A stretch of DNA of 64,000 bases, from assembly GCA_023213395.1 (NCBI GenBank), contig CM041465.1, positions 44,027,741 through 44,091,740 on the forward strand, read 5' to 3'. This DNA comes from Cycas panzhihuaensis (taxonomy: Eukaryota; Plantae; Cycadophyta). Made by a program: the position numbers and the translations under genes. This document shows positions 23,969-36,718 of the stretch, in pieces (the stretch's first letter is position 1; each line of letters starts with the position of its first letter). The notes under the pieces were generated by a model. The model was not told the DNA's origin. It did not search any database and saw only the letters and a list, made by a program, of their open reading frames with translations.

Positions 23969-26900
23969 ATGGCACTTCAAATAGTTGTATCTAACACAAT
24001 TAAATTATCTAGTAGTGGTAATTTCTTGGCTTGGAAGAAATAAGTCAAGAACGTACTTGTAATTGACAAATGTTGAACTTATATTTCTGGTGCCACTTCT
24101 AAACCTGAACCCACAGAAGATCTTAATGATCCTACTATTTCTATACCACTGATTCTATTGCCCTTACTACATTTAATGAAAATAATGAAATTACACACTC
24201 CTTTTAATATCTTTCTTATGAAGAAAATATCAATCAAAATATTAAAATTACCACCACTTCAACTAAAACCTAGAACATTATGTGTACACTATATGAAAGT
24301 AAGGACAATTCTAGAGAAGTCATGCTCAAAGCACAACTGTACTCCACTCCTTATACTGGTTTAGTTGTGGTATATTTGACTTAAATCAAAGCATTGAGGA
24401 ATTAATTGAACATACTTGGACAACCACATAATGATAGTGAATTCATATCTTGCATTGTGAATGTAATGCCAATTAGATTTAACTCTCTTATTTCTAAGCT
24501 GTCCCATTCTAATCGTTTTGCCATATTAGACTTTAATACTTTTGAAAGGCTTCTACTACAAGAGGAATGCATTATGAATATACTTAAAGATTCAAGTTCC
24601 TTCTTATCAACTCCTACCTTAGTTGCATGACATAAAATGAGGTAACATCATTAAAACATCAACCAATAGTTTGGTTTAATGAATTTGAATTAATACCAAC
24701 AATGTTAACATCATTTAAATTAGGTTGTTTGTCATTATTGTGGCAAACCAAGTCACATTGCACTAGAATGAAAAAAACGAGAGTCGACCTACAACAACAA
24801 CACTAGAACTACCCTGTAAATAGAGGTAATTCCAACCATGGTCATGGTATTTTCAAGGAGTCAGAAGACCAAATCAGAATGTTCAATACACTAGTAAGGG
24901 CAATGTAAGATATTAGAACTATAACTAATGAAGAAATCAAAATCAAGGAAGCCATATGATTAACTTTTAATTTTTTTTTTTTATTGCTTCTATAACTCAT
25001 CATTTTGATAAATCTTAGTTGATTCTAGAGCCTCTCAACATATGTCTAGTTCTGAATAATTATTTATAGATACAAGACCAATTCAAGATCAATTTGTAAC
25101 ATTTGGTGAAAATTCTTTATTCAAGGTTTCCAAGATAAAAAATGGTCCTATTTTATTAAATGACTCTGATATTAAGTACCATTTAAACAATGTTGTTTAT
25201 GTACCTAGAATGATAAGAAATTTGTTATCTATCAACTAGATAAATAAGTAGAAGTTTGATGTGCTATTTAACCAGTTTGATAAATGATTCATTATTGATG
25301 TAAATAGCAATTTGGTTGCTACTATATATAAAAACCAAGGCCTCTACAAGATGAATGCTATCTATACACCTACACTTTTGCATAATGAAATTGACATTTA
25401 TAGTAATTCTGCTTCAACTTTTGATAATTCTACTTCAACTTCTAATAGTGAAGAGCAACCTATTTCAAATGTGCATATCTCTTGGACATCTTCCAAAGAC
25501 CAATTATGACATCAATGCCTTGGTTATTTGAATATGAATAGTCTCTATCTACTTTTCAAGCTAAATGTGGTACATGGGTTGCTAAAAATCAAGCAAACCA
25601 ACTATTTTTGTGAAGTATGCATTATGGCAAAACAATATAGAGCACCATTTAAATCAAATGACAAAGTCTAATGTACTAAGGAAACATTAGGACATGTACA
25701 TTTAGATATTTATGGACCAATGTTAGAAGCCTATTTCAATGGTTATTGATTCTTCATCACATTCATTAGTGATTTTTTCTAAAAGGTTTGGGTTTATTTT
25801 CTAAAGTAGAAATAAGAATCATTTAGAAAGTTCAAAGAATTTAAGCATGGTGTCAGGTTCGAAGTTAGTATGTCACTAAAAATCTTTCATTGTGACAATG
25901 GAGATGAATACACTTAAAAAAGAATTCATTTAATTCTACAAGGACAATGGCATTAAAAGGTAATTTTTTACATCTTATACTTCTCAATAAAATAGAGTTG
26001 TTAAGAGGATGAACTAGACCTTGGCCAATAAAGGCAAAGCCATGCTTGTCGTTAAAAATCTTAGACTTCAATTATGGGCTGAAGCTATTAACACTACCAC
26101 ATATCTTACCAACCGAAGTCCAACCAAGGCAATGATAAACATTACACCCGAGGAGGCTTGGATAGGCCAAAAATCTACAGTCTTATGTTTGCATATTTTT
26201 ATATGCATGATATGCATGCATATACTAAAAAAATAGAGAATGAAGCTTGATGACAAAAGCAAAAGATGCATGTTCATTGGCTATATGTCTAGATATAAAG
26301 CCTATAAACTTTATGATTCTACTACACACCAAATGCACACATCTTAGGATGTAATTTTTTTTGAAGAAAATCAGGACTGGGATCTATAACAAATTTCTTT
26401 TTTTAATGATCAAGAGGATACTACAATAACTATTATTCCTCCTCAAGTCATATAAAATGTTCTTGAAATTACAATGCCTGCATCTACAACTTATTCTCTT
26501 GATCCTTCGTCTACACCTCCTCCTTCTACTTCTAATTAAATAATTTCTCTAGAAGGCATTCGAGTAGAGGTTACTTGAAAATAACTTCTAAAATAGTACT
26601 TACAAATGATATCTTTTGCCCCATTACCTCCCTAAGCACCAAAAACATAATCAAAATACATGCCATCTACAAACTTTGACTTAATGGCATAAGTATTATC
26701 TACTACCGAACCTTCTACTTCTGAGGAGGTAGTTTCAGGTAACAAATGGTAAGTTGCAATGAATGATAAAATGAATGTTATTATTCAAAATGACACTTAA
26801 GAGCTAGTTGAGCTGCTAGTAGGAAAGAAACCAATTAGCTGTTGTTAGATCTGTAAAATAAAATTTCATATAGATGGTTCTATCCAACACTACTCGATTG

Positions 26901-28220
26901 GAAACCATATGTCTTAAACAAATTAAGGGCATTGACTATGCTAAAACATTTGCTCCTATTGCTAATATGACCACTATTTAGCTTGTTTTGGCACTAACAA
27001 CTCAATTTCTTTGGCTTGTTTATCAAATAGATGTTAAAAGTATCTTTCTAAATGGCGACTTACAAGAGAAAGTATATCTAAATCAACTTCTTGGTTATGT
27101 TATTTGTGGTAACGAACACTTAGTTTGTAAATTAAAGAAGGCTTTATATGGCCTCAAACAATCATCTTACACATGGTACACGAAAATTGATGAGTATTTT
27201 TTTAAAGCATGGGCTCATTCGCTCATCCTTGGATTCTAACTTGTACATCAAAGTTTGAAATAATTTCATCATATTAGTCATTCTTTATGTTGATGATTTA
27301 TTGATAATTGGTAACGACACTGAATATATCTCTTATCTCTAAGGGAAACTCAATTATAACTTTGAGATGACTAACCTTACACTATTGTATTATTTTCTTA
27401 GCATGGAAGTTTGGCAATAAACAAGTTGTATCTTCCTTTCACAATCCAAATATATAAGGGAGATATTATAGAAGTTCAAGATGGAGGATTGTAAGCCTTC
27501 ACCAACCCTACTAGAGATAGGACTTAAGTTGGATATTAGTGAGCTTGGTAAACCTATTGATCCCACCTTGTATATACAACTTGTAGGGAGTTTGATTTAT
27601 TTGACTTGTACTTGCCTTGACATATCTTCTATAGTTTGAATCTACTCAAGGTTTATCGCAGCCCAAAGTTTCACATTGGAATATAACTAAGTGAATTTTG
27701 AGATATCTTCATAGTTTGTTGTAATTTGGCATTAACTAATACCAGGTGGATAATACTTTTTTGGCAAGTTTCATAGATGTAGATTGGGTTGGATGTTGAG
27801 ATAGTAGAAAAATCAACCTCAGGCTACTATTTTAATATGGGTTCAATAGTTGTTTCCTGGAGTAATAAGAAGCAACTAAATGTTACTTTGTCATCTATAG
27901 AAGTTAAATATAAAGCAACTGTTAGTGTAACTATCAAAGCTGTCTAGCTTAGAAGAATTCTTATCAAGCTTGATCTTGAACATACATAAGCTACTCCATT
28001 CTTCTGTAATAACCAAAGTATTCTGAAAATGGCAAAAAATCTAACGTTCCATGCAAGGACAAAGCATATTGAGGTGCACCATTATTTTATCAGAGAACAT
28101 GTTCAGGATGGTGAAATTGATTTAGTCTATAAATCAATCGATGAACAAGTTGTAAATATTTTCATTAAAGCACTTGGTAAGGACAAATTTAAGTGGTTTT
28201 AGCATAACCTCAATATTCAA
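23969..28220 (+). pseudogene. Copia F gag-pol, degenerate
   Basis: MALQIVVSNTIKLSSSGNFLAWKK, CHYCGKPSHI knuckle, [44 protein letters not shown]. Confidence 0.92.
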
Positions 28221-28247
28221 ATTAATGAACTCACCATTAAGGGAGGG

Positions 28248-28664
28248 TGATAGAATTAATGATTATTTCATTAATTCATTAATGTACTTTGTAATCACCT
28301 TATAAACATAAGGCACTTTAATAACATAATGTTATGAAGTGTAAACATATTTTATGTTACAACTATGATTTGTAAGCACTAGTTTGTGGGGTCAAACGCC
28401 CATTTTCTTTATTGTAATTGTTTCATGCATGAGTGCCACTAGTCACCATGCATGGACTTAAATTGTACTTTATATTATTTTGTTTTCTTTGTAAATGAAC
28501 ATAGAGTTGGAGAGGTTGCTCTTGTATTTTAAGAATTCAATGTTAATGAAAGATGGTTATGGAGTTTGAACCAATTTTCACCCCTTTGTTTCATTATGTA
28601 CTGATTTGATCTTTTTGCCTATGAATGCCTTTATTTAGGTGTGAAGTTAATCTTACTCCTCTCA
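28248..28664 (+). repeat. 3' LTR of Copia F
   Basis: Follows PPT, matches the 5' LTR. Confidence 0.93.
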
Positions 28665-28975
28665 TACTTCTCTCCTCTTTTGGAAAAGCTTCACTAATGA
28701 AAAATGTTTTCAGATCTTCTTTTGTTCCTAAATTATAGGGGGCACCTTTCTCCAATGTTCTATTTGAAGTTTCAAGTTTTGACTTTTTGAATTTAAGAAA
28801 ATTATTAATATCAAATAAAGCTTTGATGAAATCATACCCTTAGGCTTTTTCAATGTTTTTCCATCAAGATTAGCATCTACCTCCATTTTAGTAGTGTCAA
28901 ATATATAGATTTGACATGACAAATTTAGATGGTCCTTGGTTGAACCATATAAACTATATTTGCTTTTAGTCATTG
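28665..28975 (-). pseudogene. Upstream continuation of Gypsy E pol (pre-RT linker); gag not found
   Basis: In frame with 20970 after removing F; LKKPKGMIS, KEDLKTFFISEAF. Confidence 0.8.
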
Positions 28976-28979
28976 AAAA

Positions 28980-31900
28980 ATGATAATTTTATCCTTTAAA
29001 AAATAAATAGTTTTATGAAGGAAAATTAAATAAAAGGGTTTGATAAGTAGGTGGCCAGAACTATGAATAATTCATTTATTATTCATAAATGACTAAAAAT
29101 AACTAGAAAAAACATTAAAAGTTGATAGAAATCATTTAATGTATTTAGAATTGATATTTCCTTGCATACAATAAATTATTCCAATTGTAGGAAGTAAGTG
29201 AAATGGTGTATATTCTATTTCTAAGATCACATATTACTATTAAATGTACGAAGCCTCTTAAATGCATTATATTTCTCAAAAATTATGTTTATTAGAATTG
29301 TAATATAAAGAAATAAAAGAATGAACTATAGGAAAAAGAATTAACAAGCATCATAATTGAATAGTACTTGCACCTAATGCATGATTAGAATGTAAGTAAT
29401 GGAATGTATATATTGTTAGAAATTCCCTATTATATATGCATTTAAATAGTTCAAGAAATTGCATTATTTTATTGTAATAAATAATATATGATTACAATGA
29501 TCCATGATTAAGTAAACATCCACTTTTACCTTAATATAACATAAGCACTTTCTTGGATGTTAAACATGAGTGAACATGTGATTCAAGTATTAAGTACAAA
29601 ATCTAAAATCTCAAACATGTGAATTAGGACTTATAAGACCCTTACTACTTATGCAATTTCCTTGATTGACTAAGGAAGACTCTCAAGAAGACCCATTAGG
29701 TGGTTGTACCCCTTTGTATGTGTTGCTTTGGAAGGAACCATTGGGTAGTTAAGTAACCCTAGAAAAAAGTGTAATCCTTATTACATTTTTTGCTTGAAGA
29801 AGACCTTAGTGAAGGTTATGAAATGAGTAGCACATAAGCATGGGAATGCTCATGGTCTCTTTTCTATGTGAGATCGAGAAGGGGCATAATTTTAGACATT
29901 ACTATGTTTAAAAAAGTCTTAAATAACGTTGAAAATAGTTTATGAATATAGGGATGTTTCTAACCTCATTGTCATAAAAGATCAAGGAAAAGTATAACTA
30001 TAGTCATAATGAGTCAAACCCATGAACATGGAATGGAATGAGAATGTTCATTTATGTGGATTAGCCAATATACAAGGTGTTGCATTCCTTATTAACTTTA
30101 TGGTAATAAGAGGAAGACTCCTTAATAGATCCTAATGGTGTTTGTACAAATGGAATGAGGAGTATAAAAGCATGTCCACTAGGATAAAACTTGTGTAGTT
30201 GATACATCCTTGAGGATAGGTCCTCTAGATTTAATAATCGATTATCCACTTATATGTATTACAAAGTATCATGAATAAATAAATATGGAAAGATGTTCTT
30301 TCATTGAGAAAGTGGGCTCTTCTTAGATAAAATAATCACCTTGTACATCTAAAAGGATTAGTGACAAGTAGGTGTAGTTAGTTAAATGCCATAGCTATTA
30401 AGCTATATATGTCACATCTAAAAATGAGACATGGATGTTATTCTTATATTTGATGTGTGGGAGCACTACCACAAAGTTGGGCATTGTAGAAGGTGGGTGT
30501 GCTGAATATTTGCCTTTTAGTGTGGGCCCACACCTATTCTCATAAACTTGCATTGGGACTCGACACATCACTTCTTCATTCACAGGCCACAGGACATTAA
30601 GGTCTTTCTTTTACTAAGACCCACACCAACATTCTCACATTGGAACTTAATGTCAAGCTCTCCTTTCCTACAAGAGGCAGGATGCGTGAGGCAAGAGAAT
30701 TACCATTTTGTTTCCTTTTTTAGCTTAAATAATTGAGATCAAACTTATTGCTTTCATCTGGTAGCTCAGACTTTTTTATAATTTTGTCTTATCCTTTTAC
30801 TGTGCTTCACCACAAATGACCGTGATGTCATCAAGTTGTTCTGATCCAATGATCTAGGTGTCTTTGTGACACTACCTATTCTCGTCGGTCACATCCTGTG
30901 CCTTTGTTCAACTTCTATCTTCCAATGTGTGGGAAATAAGACATGGGAGATTGACTTCATAAAGTTTCTAAGACATGTTCTACTGCTTGTCTAAACCTTT
31001 CCACCTTACTTCTTCGTTGATGGCTTCAATCTTCTTAAGAGTCTATTTTCAAACTTCCATCTAATACGCATCAATCTTTTATTTTTTCTCAAAACTAAAA
31101 TATAAAGTATCTCGTTTATTTAATCTTTTGACAAAAAGAACCCATCTTCCTCTATGTTTTCACTTAAATTGTCTTTGTGTCGCAGAGATCATCGCCAAGT
31201 GAAAGTCACAAACATGATGGGCTTTATTAGTCAAATTTTTTAGTAGATACCCTGTTGCTAGTAATAGAGCCCACTAACTTAAATTTACATTTGTTTTATT
31301 TTTAGTTTTTTTGCATTTTCATATAAATGAATTTCACATCTCTTCATAGTGGTGTAGTTTTTGCTTATCAACGAAAGTGCAAGGTCCAAAATGTATGCCT
31401 ACCAATTAAAGCTAATCTTAACGCGTTCTCATATCGTGCAGTTATGTGCTTTAAGAAGGGTCACTATTAAGAGGGCACTCTAATTGGATTTCTACTTTGG
31501 AATTCAAGAATGCTTGCTTATCCAAGTTAGAAAGCATGATTGTTTCACCAAAATACCTTATTGCATTCTGAGTGAGGAGCTTAATAGTAATGGAATAATT
31601 AGAAAGCGAAGTCATTTTTTGAGCGATTGCACAAGACCCTGCCAATGTATTTTCAATAAGAAGAAAATCCTTTTATTTCTTTACTAGAAGCAGAAGTAAT
31701 ATTAGTTTTACTCCACGTAGAGAAGGGAAGGGCCAACCAATCTTACTAGCCCAGTGATAGCCCATAGCCTATCTACTTCATGGGGTGCAACATGCAACCC
31801 CATAATAAGAATAATGACATGTGCCTTCCCTTCGCTACATAGAGTAAAACTATGGGTTAGCTTGGATATATTGCTTGTATTTCCTTGTGGGTGCAACTTA

Positions 31901-33900
31901 TATCTCACTTGTATATTGACCTAGAGCATATAGAAACCCATCTTAGAATAGTGGTCAATCCTTAATAGTGCCATCTATGATTATGGGCATAGTGCATAGA
32001 CAATGACTGGCTATTGTCTATGCATTATGCCATATCCAACTTATGACAATAAGGGCCATCCACTTTATATGTCAAAGCATGCTCCACTATTCTAGTATGA
32101 TCCCCAACAGATCCCACACTCTTAGTTTTACTCCACGTTATGAGGGGAAGGGGCCGACCAATCTTACTAGCATAGTGATGCACTGTATTGCTATATAATA
32201 ACCATACATCTTCCCTATCTTCAGGGCATGTTGTATATGCATATACGCTATGGATCCCACCACTATTGGCAAGAGTGCAGTGGCCAGGCTCCCAGATCAC
32301 CTCTATCATTAATAGAGTGTGGATCTAGTATCTTGCTCGTAACTTTCTTTGGAGCATATATGAACCTATTCTTAGAACAATGGCTTGGCCCAAGTAGTGG
32401 CCAAGCAAAAATTACCTTGTTTGATCCCTTTCCTTCACCCCACCTTTCCCCCCAAAATGTGAACGAAGCACCAATAAGAAATAATTCAATAGGTTAACCC
32501 TTTCTTGAGCGTAGTGAAGGGAAGGGCCAAATCTGCCCCTTGGCTTATATCGAGATATTTATTCCTTTACACAACAATTTGCTTCTCAAATTGACAAATT
32601 AGAAGAGATGCCAACTGACAATCGTATCTAAAAACAACAATTAGGGGATATTGGTATCGTCACCGCACAATAAGCAAAGAATTGGGGATTTAGTGGTAAG
32701 AGGTTGTGCACCTCATCATTCCTCTCATTATTTTGCAAATATATGTAGTCTGAAACCTTAAGGTTTCCCACTCATAATTCCTTCTCCCTACGTTAACCTA
32801 GCAACATCTTTGCTAGCAATCCATGACAAAAATTTTGTAAAATTGCAAAACCACAAAAGTGGGAAATTATGCAAAAGCCTCCTTCTCAAGCTTTTAGACC
32901 ATTTTGACTAATTCAAAGGCTGCCACTAACTCCTGTGATTGTTTAGCTAGATATGAAACACCATCAAAGCTTGATAACATTCAAATGTGTCACCCTTTGG
33001 TACAACTCATCGATGAGCACAGTAATACCCCAAGATAGCAACATAGATTATAAGATGGTTTGTTAGAGGAAATTTGTATTGTTTATAGTGAATGCTTGGT
33101 TGGGTATTAATGAACTTGTATGATTAAACACACTTGTATAATCAATTACATTACATGAGACAGTCAAAAGCATTCAACAATGCATACAAACACACACATA
33201 TACAAAACCTAGTTGTGAGTTGTAAGAATCATGCCATAATCATGGGTTCTAATATTATAACACCCCACCTAGTACCCATTCTATATTTTATTATATATTC
33301 TATTTTCCTATATTTCATTCCATGAAGTGATGCCATTATCCATTGTTGGAAAATGGGAGTTAGTAAAATGCCCCATTATGTGTGTAAGATGGACCTTAAT
33401 ACATTTTCATATACTATGCATGTGATGTTATTAATAGAATGCATTATCGTTAACTTGATATAAACCTAGGTCGTATGTTATGTCAATGTAGCTCTGGTGA
33501 ATGCAACCATGTTTATGGGAATACTTTGAATCATCTAAAAAGAAGTGAGGAATCCCCTATCTTTAGTCCATACTCCTTGCTCATCTTAATTGCTAGGTAC
33601 ATTTGCCATTGGATGTTTCTTTGTCAAATACTCATCCCTATTGTTTCCATAGTAATGCATCTTCTATTAAAATTACATCAAACCACTAACATTATTATTC
33701 TCATAAGTATGATTATGGCAAGGCCGATTATGTGAGAAAATGATCAAAAGCATCCACAAATCTAAAAACAACAATTAGGGCATGTAAAATCCTCTATGTA
33801 TAAGTGAAAATGGATCAAAACTAATAATCAAATGGTGCTATGCGAGTGAAATTTATCAACACAAAATGAAAATCATGAAACATAAAGATATATTACAGGC
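28980..33900. other. Degenerate, mostly non-coding LTR/leader mosaic
   Basis: Minus-strand PPT+TG junctions at ~30643-30626 (CCAATGTGAGAA-TGTTGG) and ~33272-33255 (CTAGGTGGGG-TGTTATAA); structured repeats; no recognisable protein domain. Confidence 0.4.
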
Positions 33901-34261
33901 ATAATAAGTGAAATATGTGTGTCAAAATGATCTCATTTGAGATATTTATAGGCATAATGAGGAATAAAATCATTCTTATGGTAAGTGCCATGTCCATGGA
34001 GGTGGACTATAAGGCTAAGGTGCCCTCGAAAGAGAGATATCTAAACATGGACAATAACTAGTTATCCACTTTAAAAGGCAACTAAAATTCCCTTTAAACC
34101 TGAATAAGTATTAAAGCTAAGAACTTTAGGTGCCCCCTCCTTACTCGAGGGAATGACTATTGACTTAAACTTTCTGCCTCTTAGAAAGAACATTTCTTAA
34201 CAGCTCACTTCGATAAGTGAAATATGTATGTCAAAATGATCTCATGTGAGATATTTATAGG

Positions 34262-36718
34262 TGTTAGAAAATAGAACCTGCAATAAGATATTGGAAAACA
34301 AAACAGAACAACTCTGCAGGATCGAACGGTACCCTTAAGGTACCTCAAATTGTATTAACAAAACATCCTTACCACATCATACAATATGATACACTATGTT
34401 GTGTATTTATAATACATGTTAATATAGTGAGAGTGGAACCCACTTGCATGTGGGACAAAACAAATGTACATTAATATTCCAACACTCCTCCTTAATGCAC
34501 ATTTGAATCATTTGTACTTGTAACGCCTTGTCCTTGGAAGTGTCTCGAAAATGGTGTATTCAACTCGATCATTGTCTTCAAACTTGTAGTGATGTCTTTG
34601 CTATAGAATGATGTATTCATCTTGATTTGTGTCTTAAATTACGTACTGATGTCTTTGTAGGATGATGTCCTCAACTTGATTTATGTCTTCAATCCTGTAG
34701 TGATGATGTTGATGTAGCAGCTCTAGCAAGTGCAAATCATGATTCTTCATTGTGCCTGGCCTAGTTTGATTTTGATGTAGATCCTGTAAACAACCATCTT
34801 CAATCACAACTTGCATGTCATCATTATCCCGTATAAACTCTTGATCACTATGTACAATAGTGATTTCTTCAATCTTTGGAGCGGCATCTTGATCAACTAG
34901 CCTACTCTTTGAAATTGAATTAATACTCAAAGTAGGAACATCATTCAAACTTGAATAAATACTTAAAGTAGGAATATCATCAACATAAGGCTCATCCTTT
35001 ATAGGACCATCATATTCATATTCAATGGTGTCATCTATATAAACCTTTATCAACTTATAATTTTCAATGTCTTTATCAATTGTTGTAGTCTCATCAATGC
35101 ATTCAACTATCATTTCCTTACATTCAATAGAAATTTCATCAGTACTAATACATTCTTCATCTTGAGATATCGTTTTATTAGTATTATTGATATTTTCTTC
35201 ATTCATTATCCCCGTACCATAACCATAACTGACCTTAATTGCATTTTCAATCATTTGTTGTGTCTCTTCAAGAGTTTGTTCAAATACTTCCCTTAGAAAA
35301 TCCCAAGCTTCTTTAGCATTACTTACATGTAGAATCATATGAATGATAAAATAGTATTTGGAAGGAAGATCAACCTCATTGAATGTAGCACGAATCATAA
35401 TGAATGCCTTTCTATCTTTCTTATCAAGCATTTTCTTTTCTTCTTCATCCTTAGGGATATCATATTCATCAGTAACAATCTTCCACAAATCTCTAACTAT
35501 GAATAAACATCTCATTTTAATTGTCCAAAAGAAGTAGTCTTCACCATTACACTTAGGTATTGGAAGAAACGAATCCCTTAGGTAGTATTCATTTGTTTCA
35601 GGAACATACATAACCACATCATTATCCTCCATGATTGTAAATGCCATCTTCTGACACTATGTCCCTTTTTCAATAAACAAATTCACCTATCAATCTCAAC
35701 AAAGTTTCTTATGTCTCATGTCCCTCATATCACTGACTTCATCATCACATCATTGCCTTATGCATCTCACATATTGCCAAATATATTCACATCAATATGA
35801 CTTAATGCCATCTCACATTGCAACAATACTCTCCCATATGCCACATATGTAAGAGAGTCTCAAACAATCACTTCATTACCATTGCCTCATTCATGTCACC
35901 ATATCAATATGAAACCCTTAAATTCCCAAAAACTTATTTATGAAAAAAAGTATAGCTAAAAAATACATAAAATATGGATAAAAATGATGGCCTCTGAAAT
36001 ACGATTCCAACGGTTCAGACAAAATTGAATTCTGATATCTAGATCAAAAGTTATGCTCATTTTAAGAATTTCACAATTAGGGTTTCTAGGGGGATGTAAT
36101 AGTACCTTCTGATAAACTACTAATAACTTTTTATTCTGAACTCTGATGAACCTCAAACCACTTCCATTAGAAAGAAAATTAAAAAATGCACAGAATCAAA
36201 AAACAATTTGAGGTCATTTGGATACTTGTAGCCAAAGTTATGGCTATTTGAAGTTGAGGTTGCAGATCTGTCCCAAAAATACGACGACGGAAAATAGCAG
36301 GCTGAAATTAATTTTGCTGCACTTTCGCATTTTCACCCCAAAATCTATAGCGCGACCATTAAAATTTTATAGAACAAGTTATTTCATCTCAATTTCGCCA
36401 TTTCTTTTCAGAAAATTTAACGTTATGGCACCTCCTAAATCACTGCTCTAATACCGAACAAAAATACCTCTCTCAACCTGGGCGCTCTGATACCATGTTA
36501 GAAAATAGAACCTACAATAAGATATTGAAAACCAAAACAAAACAACTCCATAGGATAGAATGGTACCCTTAAGGTACCTCAAATTGTATTAACAAAATAT
36601 CCTTACCACATCATACAATATGATACACTATGTTGTGTATTTATAATACATGTCAATATAGTGAGAGTGGAACCCACTTGCATGTGGGACAAAACAAATG
36701 TACATTAATATTCCAACA
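34262..36718 (-). mobile_element. Element G: 2457-bp non-autonomous gag-only Copia-type element (TR-GAG-like)
   Basis: 223-bp LTRs 34262-34484 and 36496-36718 with 11 differences, perfect TSD ATAGG, PBS TGGTATCAGAGC 36495-36484, PPT TTAAGGAGGAG 34495-34485, no pol. Confidence 0.96.
34634..35647 (-). CDS. 337-aa Gag-derived protein: Copia Gag N-terminus plus acidic repetitive tail
   Basis: IPKCNGEDYFFWTIKMRCLF...DLWKIV...DRKAFIMI...NAKEAWDFLREVF; no CCHC knuckle; longest ORF in the window. Confidence 0.8.
   Translation of the reverse strand: MAFTIMEDNDVVMYVPETNEYYLRDSFLPIPKCNGEDYFFWTIKMRCLFIVRDLWKIVTDEYDIPKDEEEKKMLDKKDRKAFIMIRATFNEVDLPSKYYFIIHMILHVSNAKEAWDFLREVFEQTLEETQQMIENAIKVSYGYGTGIMNEENINNTNKTISQDEECISTDEISIECKEMIVECIDETTTIDKDIENYKLIKVYIDDTIEYEYDGPIKDEPYVDDIPTLSIYSSLNDVPTLSINSISKSRLVDQDAAPKIEEITIVHSDQEFIRDNDDMQVVIEDGCLQDLHQNQTRPGTMKNHDLHLLELLHQHHHYRIEDINQVEDIILQRHQYVI

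Larger units (their letters stand above)
20976..28664 (+). mobile_element. Full-length Copia F, inserted in Gypsy E pol
   Basis: LTRs 20976-21476 and 28248-28664, PBS TGGTATCAGAGC 21479-21490, PPT TTAAGGGAGGG; decayed TSD TACCA/TACTT; removing F restores E as ...PKEERSKLLSLCKEFHDVFA. Confidence 0.95.

Noticed and set aside
31709-31846. TA-CTCC...GAG-TA as a Stowaway MITE
   Set aside because: The inverted repeat extends beyond the TA and does not match CTCCCTCCGT; kept only as an unclassified fold-back
30061-32497. Short 60-95 aa ORFs as host genes
   Set aside because: No domains or exon structure; consistent with chance ORFs in non-coding TE DNA
33344-33691. Solo LTR candidate TGTTGG...CTAACA
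   Set aside because: Flanks TCCAT/TTATT do not form a TSD
34560-34720. Short periodic repeats as a CRISPR array
   Set aside because: Degenerate in-frame coding repeats without unique spacers, in a eukaryotic TE context
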